IMG/VR virus record: IMGVR_UViG_3300012009_000259
Length of the DNA: 37,153 nucleotides
From: an uncultured virus (IMG/VR IMGVR_UViG_3300012009_000259)
Lineage: Duplodnaviria; Heunggongvirae; Uroviricota; Caudoviricetes
Reading direction: 5' to 3' (one strand)
The notes under the pieces were generated by a model. The model did not search any database. It saw nothing but the letters and a program-made list of their open reading frames with translations, and had not been told where the DNA came from. A program made the translations under genes and the position numbers. Of the stretch, positions 36,010-37,153 are shown in pieces (position 1 is the first letter of the stretch; every line of letters begins with the position of its first letter).

Positions 36010-36212
36010 TCTCCCCTTTTTGTGAAACCACCGTACTGACTAGATCCGGTTTAGATATACAATTAAACCTTTTAGTATAGAATGCCCCGCCCCAGACCAA
36101 TGTCTTTTGGGGGCAACTACTACTGCCTCACCAAGAGTGTTCAAATTCTCTCCTGTCTGTACCCCATTATACGCTTATCTTGCTAATAAGGTGTTGCCTT
36201 GCCTTTGGCGGG

Positions 36213-37040
36213 CTATCCCTCCCCCGAATATCGCAACGCTCCCGCGACATCCCTACCTATGGTCACACTGGGGTTTGCCTTTACCCAGGCAGAGAATCTT
36301 TTAATCACCTTGGGGTGCTCCCATAGGTACACCGACTTGTCAGTATCGGCTATATATCTGAAAAACATGTCCCTACGTTCTTCGGACATATCTTCTAATG
36401 CCATATCCAGAGATTGCGGCACCACAAATGTATAGGCGTGATGAAAGAGGTTTTCGCATTCGGTAAGCAAGATTCCCCTATGAAACAGTTCAAAGCCTGT
36501 ATTTCTGTAATCCAATCTCTTGTACCTAATAGCAAGATGTACAAATGGCATAAACTCCGTCCCGCCAACTCCCCCCTCCATTATCAAGTGGGCTACTGCC
36601 TGATAGAAAAGGCTCAATGTCTTCTGACGGACTTCCTCAGAAAATGGCCCTTGCTCGGTATTGAATACACCTCTATATCTCAATACCCAGTTAGGCTTAA
36701 GCACCACACCATGCAAAGCCCCACAGAATGCAATCTCAAACATCTCATCATGAACCTCTCTCCAATTGCCTATCTGCGCATCTCTAAGTGCGTTTGCTCC
36801 CTGAAACTCCTGGACTTTAGAAACATACGCCCAAGGCTTATGTGGGGCTATTAGGTAGTAGTATTTGCACACTACCTTCCTTATCCCTATGTCAGAGACC
36901 TTCCACAATTCGCGTTCTCCCCCACGAATCTGCCTTAATAGGTCATGTGTAATAGCTGCGGGATTGCTACCAATTATCTCGTGAACTATCCATTGCAGTT
37001 CTTGTATCTCTTCTTTCTTAAGGGGATAGAAGTTTATCAT
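36213..37040 (-). CDS. Hypothetical protein
   Basis: AAGGAG RBS, 275 aa. Confidence 0.75.
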   Translation of the reverse strand: MINFYPLKKEEIQELQWIVHEIIGSNPAAITHDLLRQIRGGERELWKVSDIGIRKVVCKYYYLIAPHKPWAYVSKVQEFQGANALRDAQIGNWREVHDEMFEIAFCGALHGVVLKPNWVLRYRGVFNTEQGPFSEEVRQKTLSLFYQAVAHLIMEGGVGGTEFMPFVHLAIRYKRLDYRNTGFELFHRGILLTECENLFHHAYTFVVPQSLDMALEDMSEERRDMFFRYIADTDKSVYLWEHPKVIKRFSAWVKANPSVTIGRDVAGALRYSGEG

Positions 37041-37084
37041 AATGCTCCTTTTCTTTTTCCTAACTAATCGAATAGCACAAGCGT

Positions 37085-37153
37085 TCAGTGGGGGGGATGG
37101 GGGGGGTTTCCAGAAAGTCTAAAAGTTTTTACTCTGAACTTTTTTACTTTCCA
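37085..37153. repeat. G/C-tract palindromic dispersed repeat, copy C (runs off the window; core inverted relative to copy B)
   Basis: AGTGGGGGGGATGGGGGGGG..GAAAGT..AAAAGTTTTTACTCTGAACT..TTACTTTCCA. Confidence 0.75.

Noticed and set aside
1..37153. Genome-wide TAG reassignment
   Set aside because: The VirB4, HNH and KTSC genes end at TAG at natural domain ends, and several TAG stops are coupled to the next start.
1..37153. CRISPR array or cas genes
   Set aside because: No regularly spaced direct repeats were seen; the repeats are dispersed or belong to tRNA paralogs.

Overview
The window looks like part of a large bacterial mobile element (plasmid, phage-plasmid or ICE-like). No capsid, terminase, relaxase or integrase gene is recognisable. 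Bases 1-8.9 kb hold a divergent type IV secretion/conjugation-like block: a VirB4-like ATPase, PrgI/VirB3-like and VirB6-like membrane proteins, and a secreted clan GH-A-like hydrolase. Bases 10.4-18.3 kb hold three units with near-identical sigma70 promoters whose spacers share the palindrome ACCA-N3-TGGT: (i) tRNA-Arg(GCG) plus an HNH nuclease, (ii) a 20-codon leader ORF, a terminator and an array of Ser/Thr tRNAs, (iii) a KTSC-domain protein plus a WGR-PARP. The rest is phage-like small hypothetical genes with many paralogs, gene remnants (nrdJ, pyrG) and a dispersed G/C-tract palindrome. Of 10 tRNA genes, 5 are Ser and 4 are Thr. The top finding is the unannotated leader peptide MKFFSTSSSSTTTEGVRSVR. 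Its nine consecutive Ser/Thr codons sample 8 of the 10 Ser/Thr codons, and it lies in a 1:2/2:3/3:4 attenuator-like RNA 4 nt upstream of the Ser/Thr tRNA array. This suggests a ribosome-stalling sensor that switches on replacement tRNAs when Ser/Thr tRNAs are depleted. All calls were made by eye; no searches or folding programs were run.
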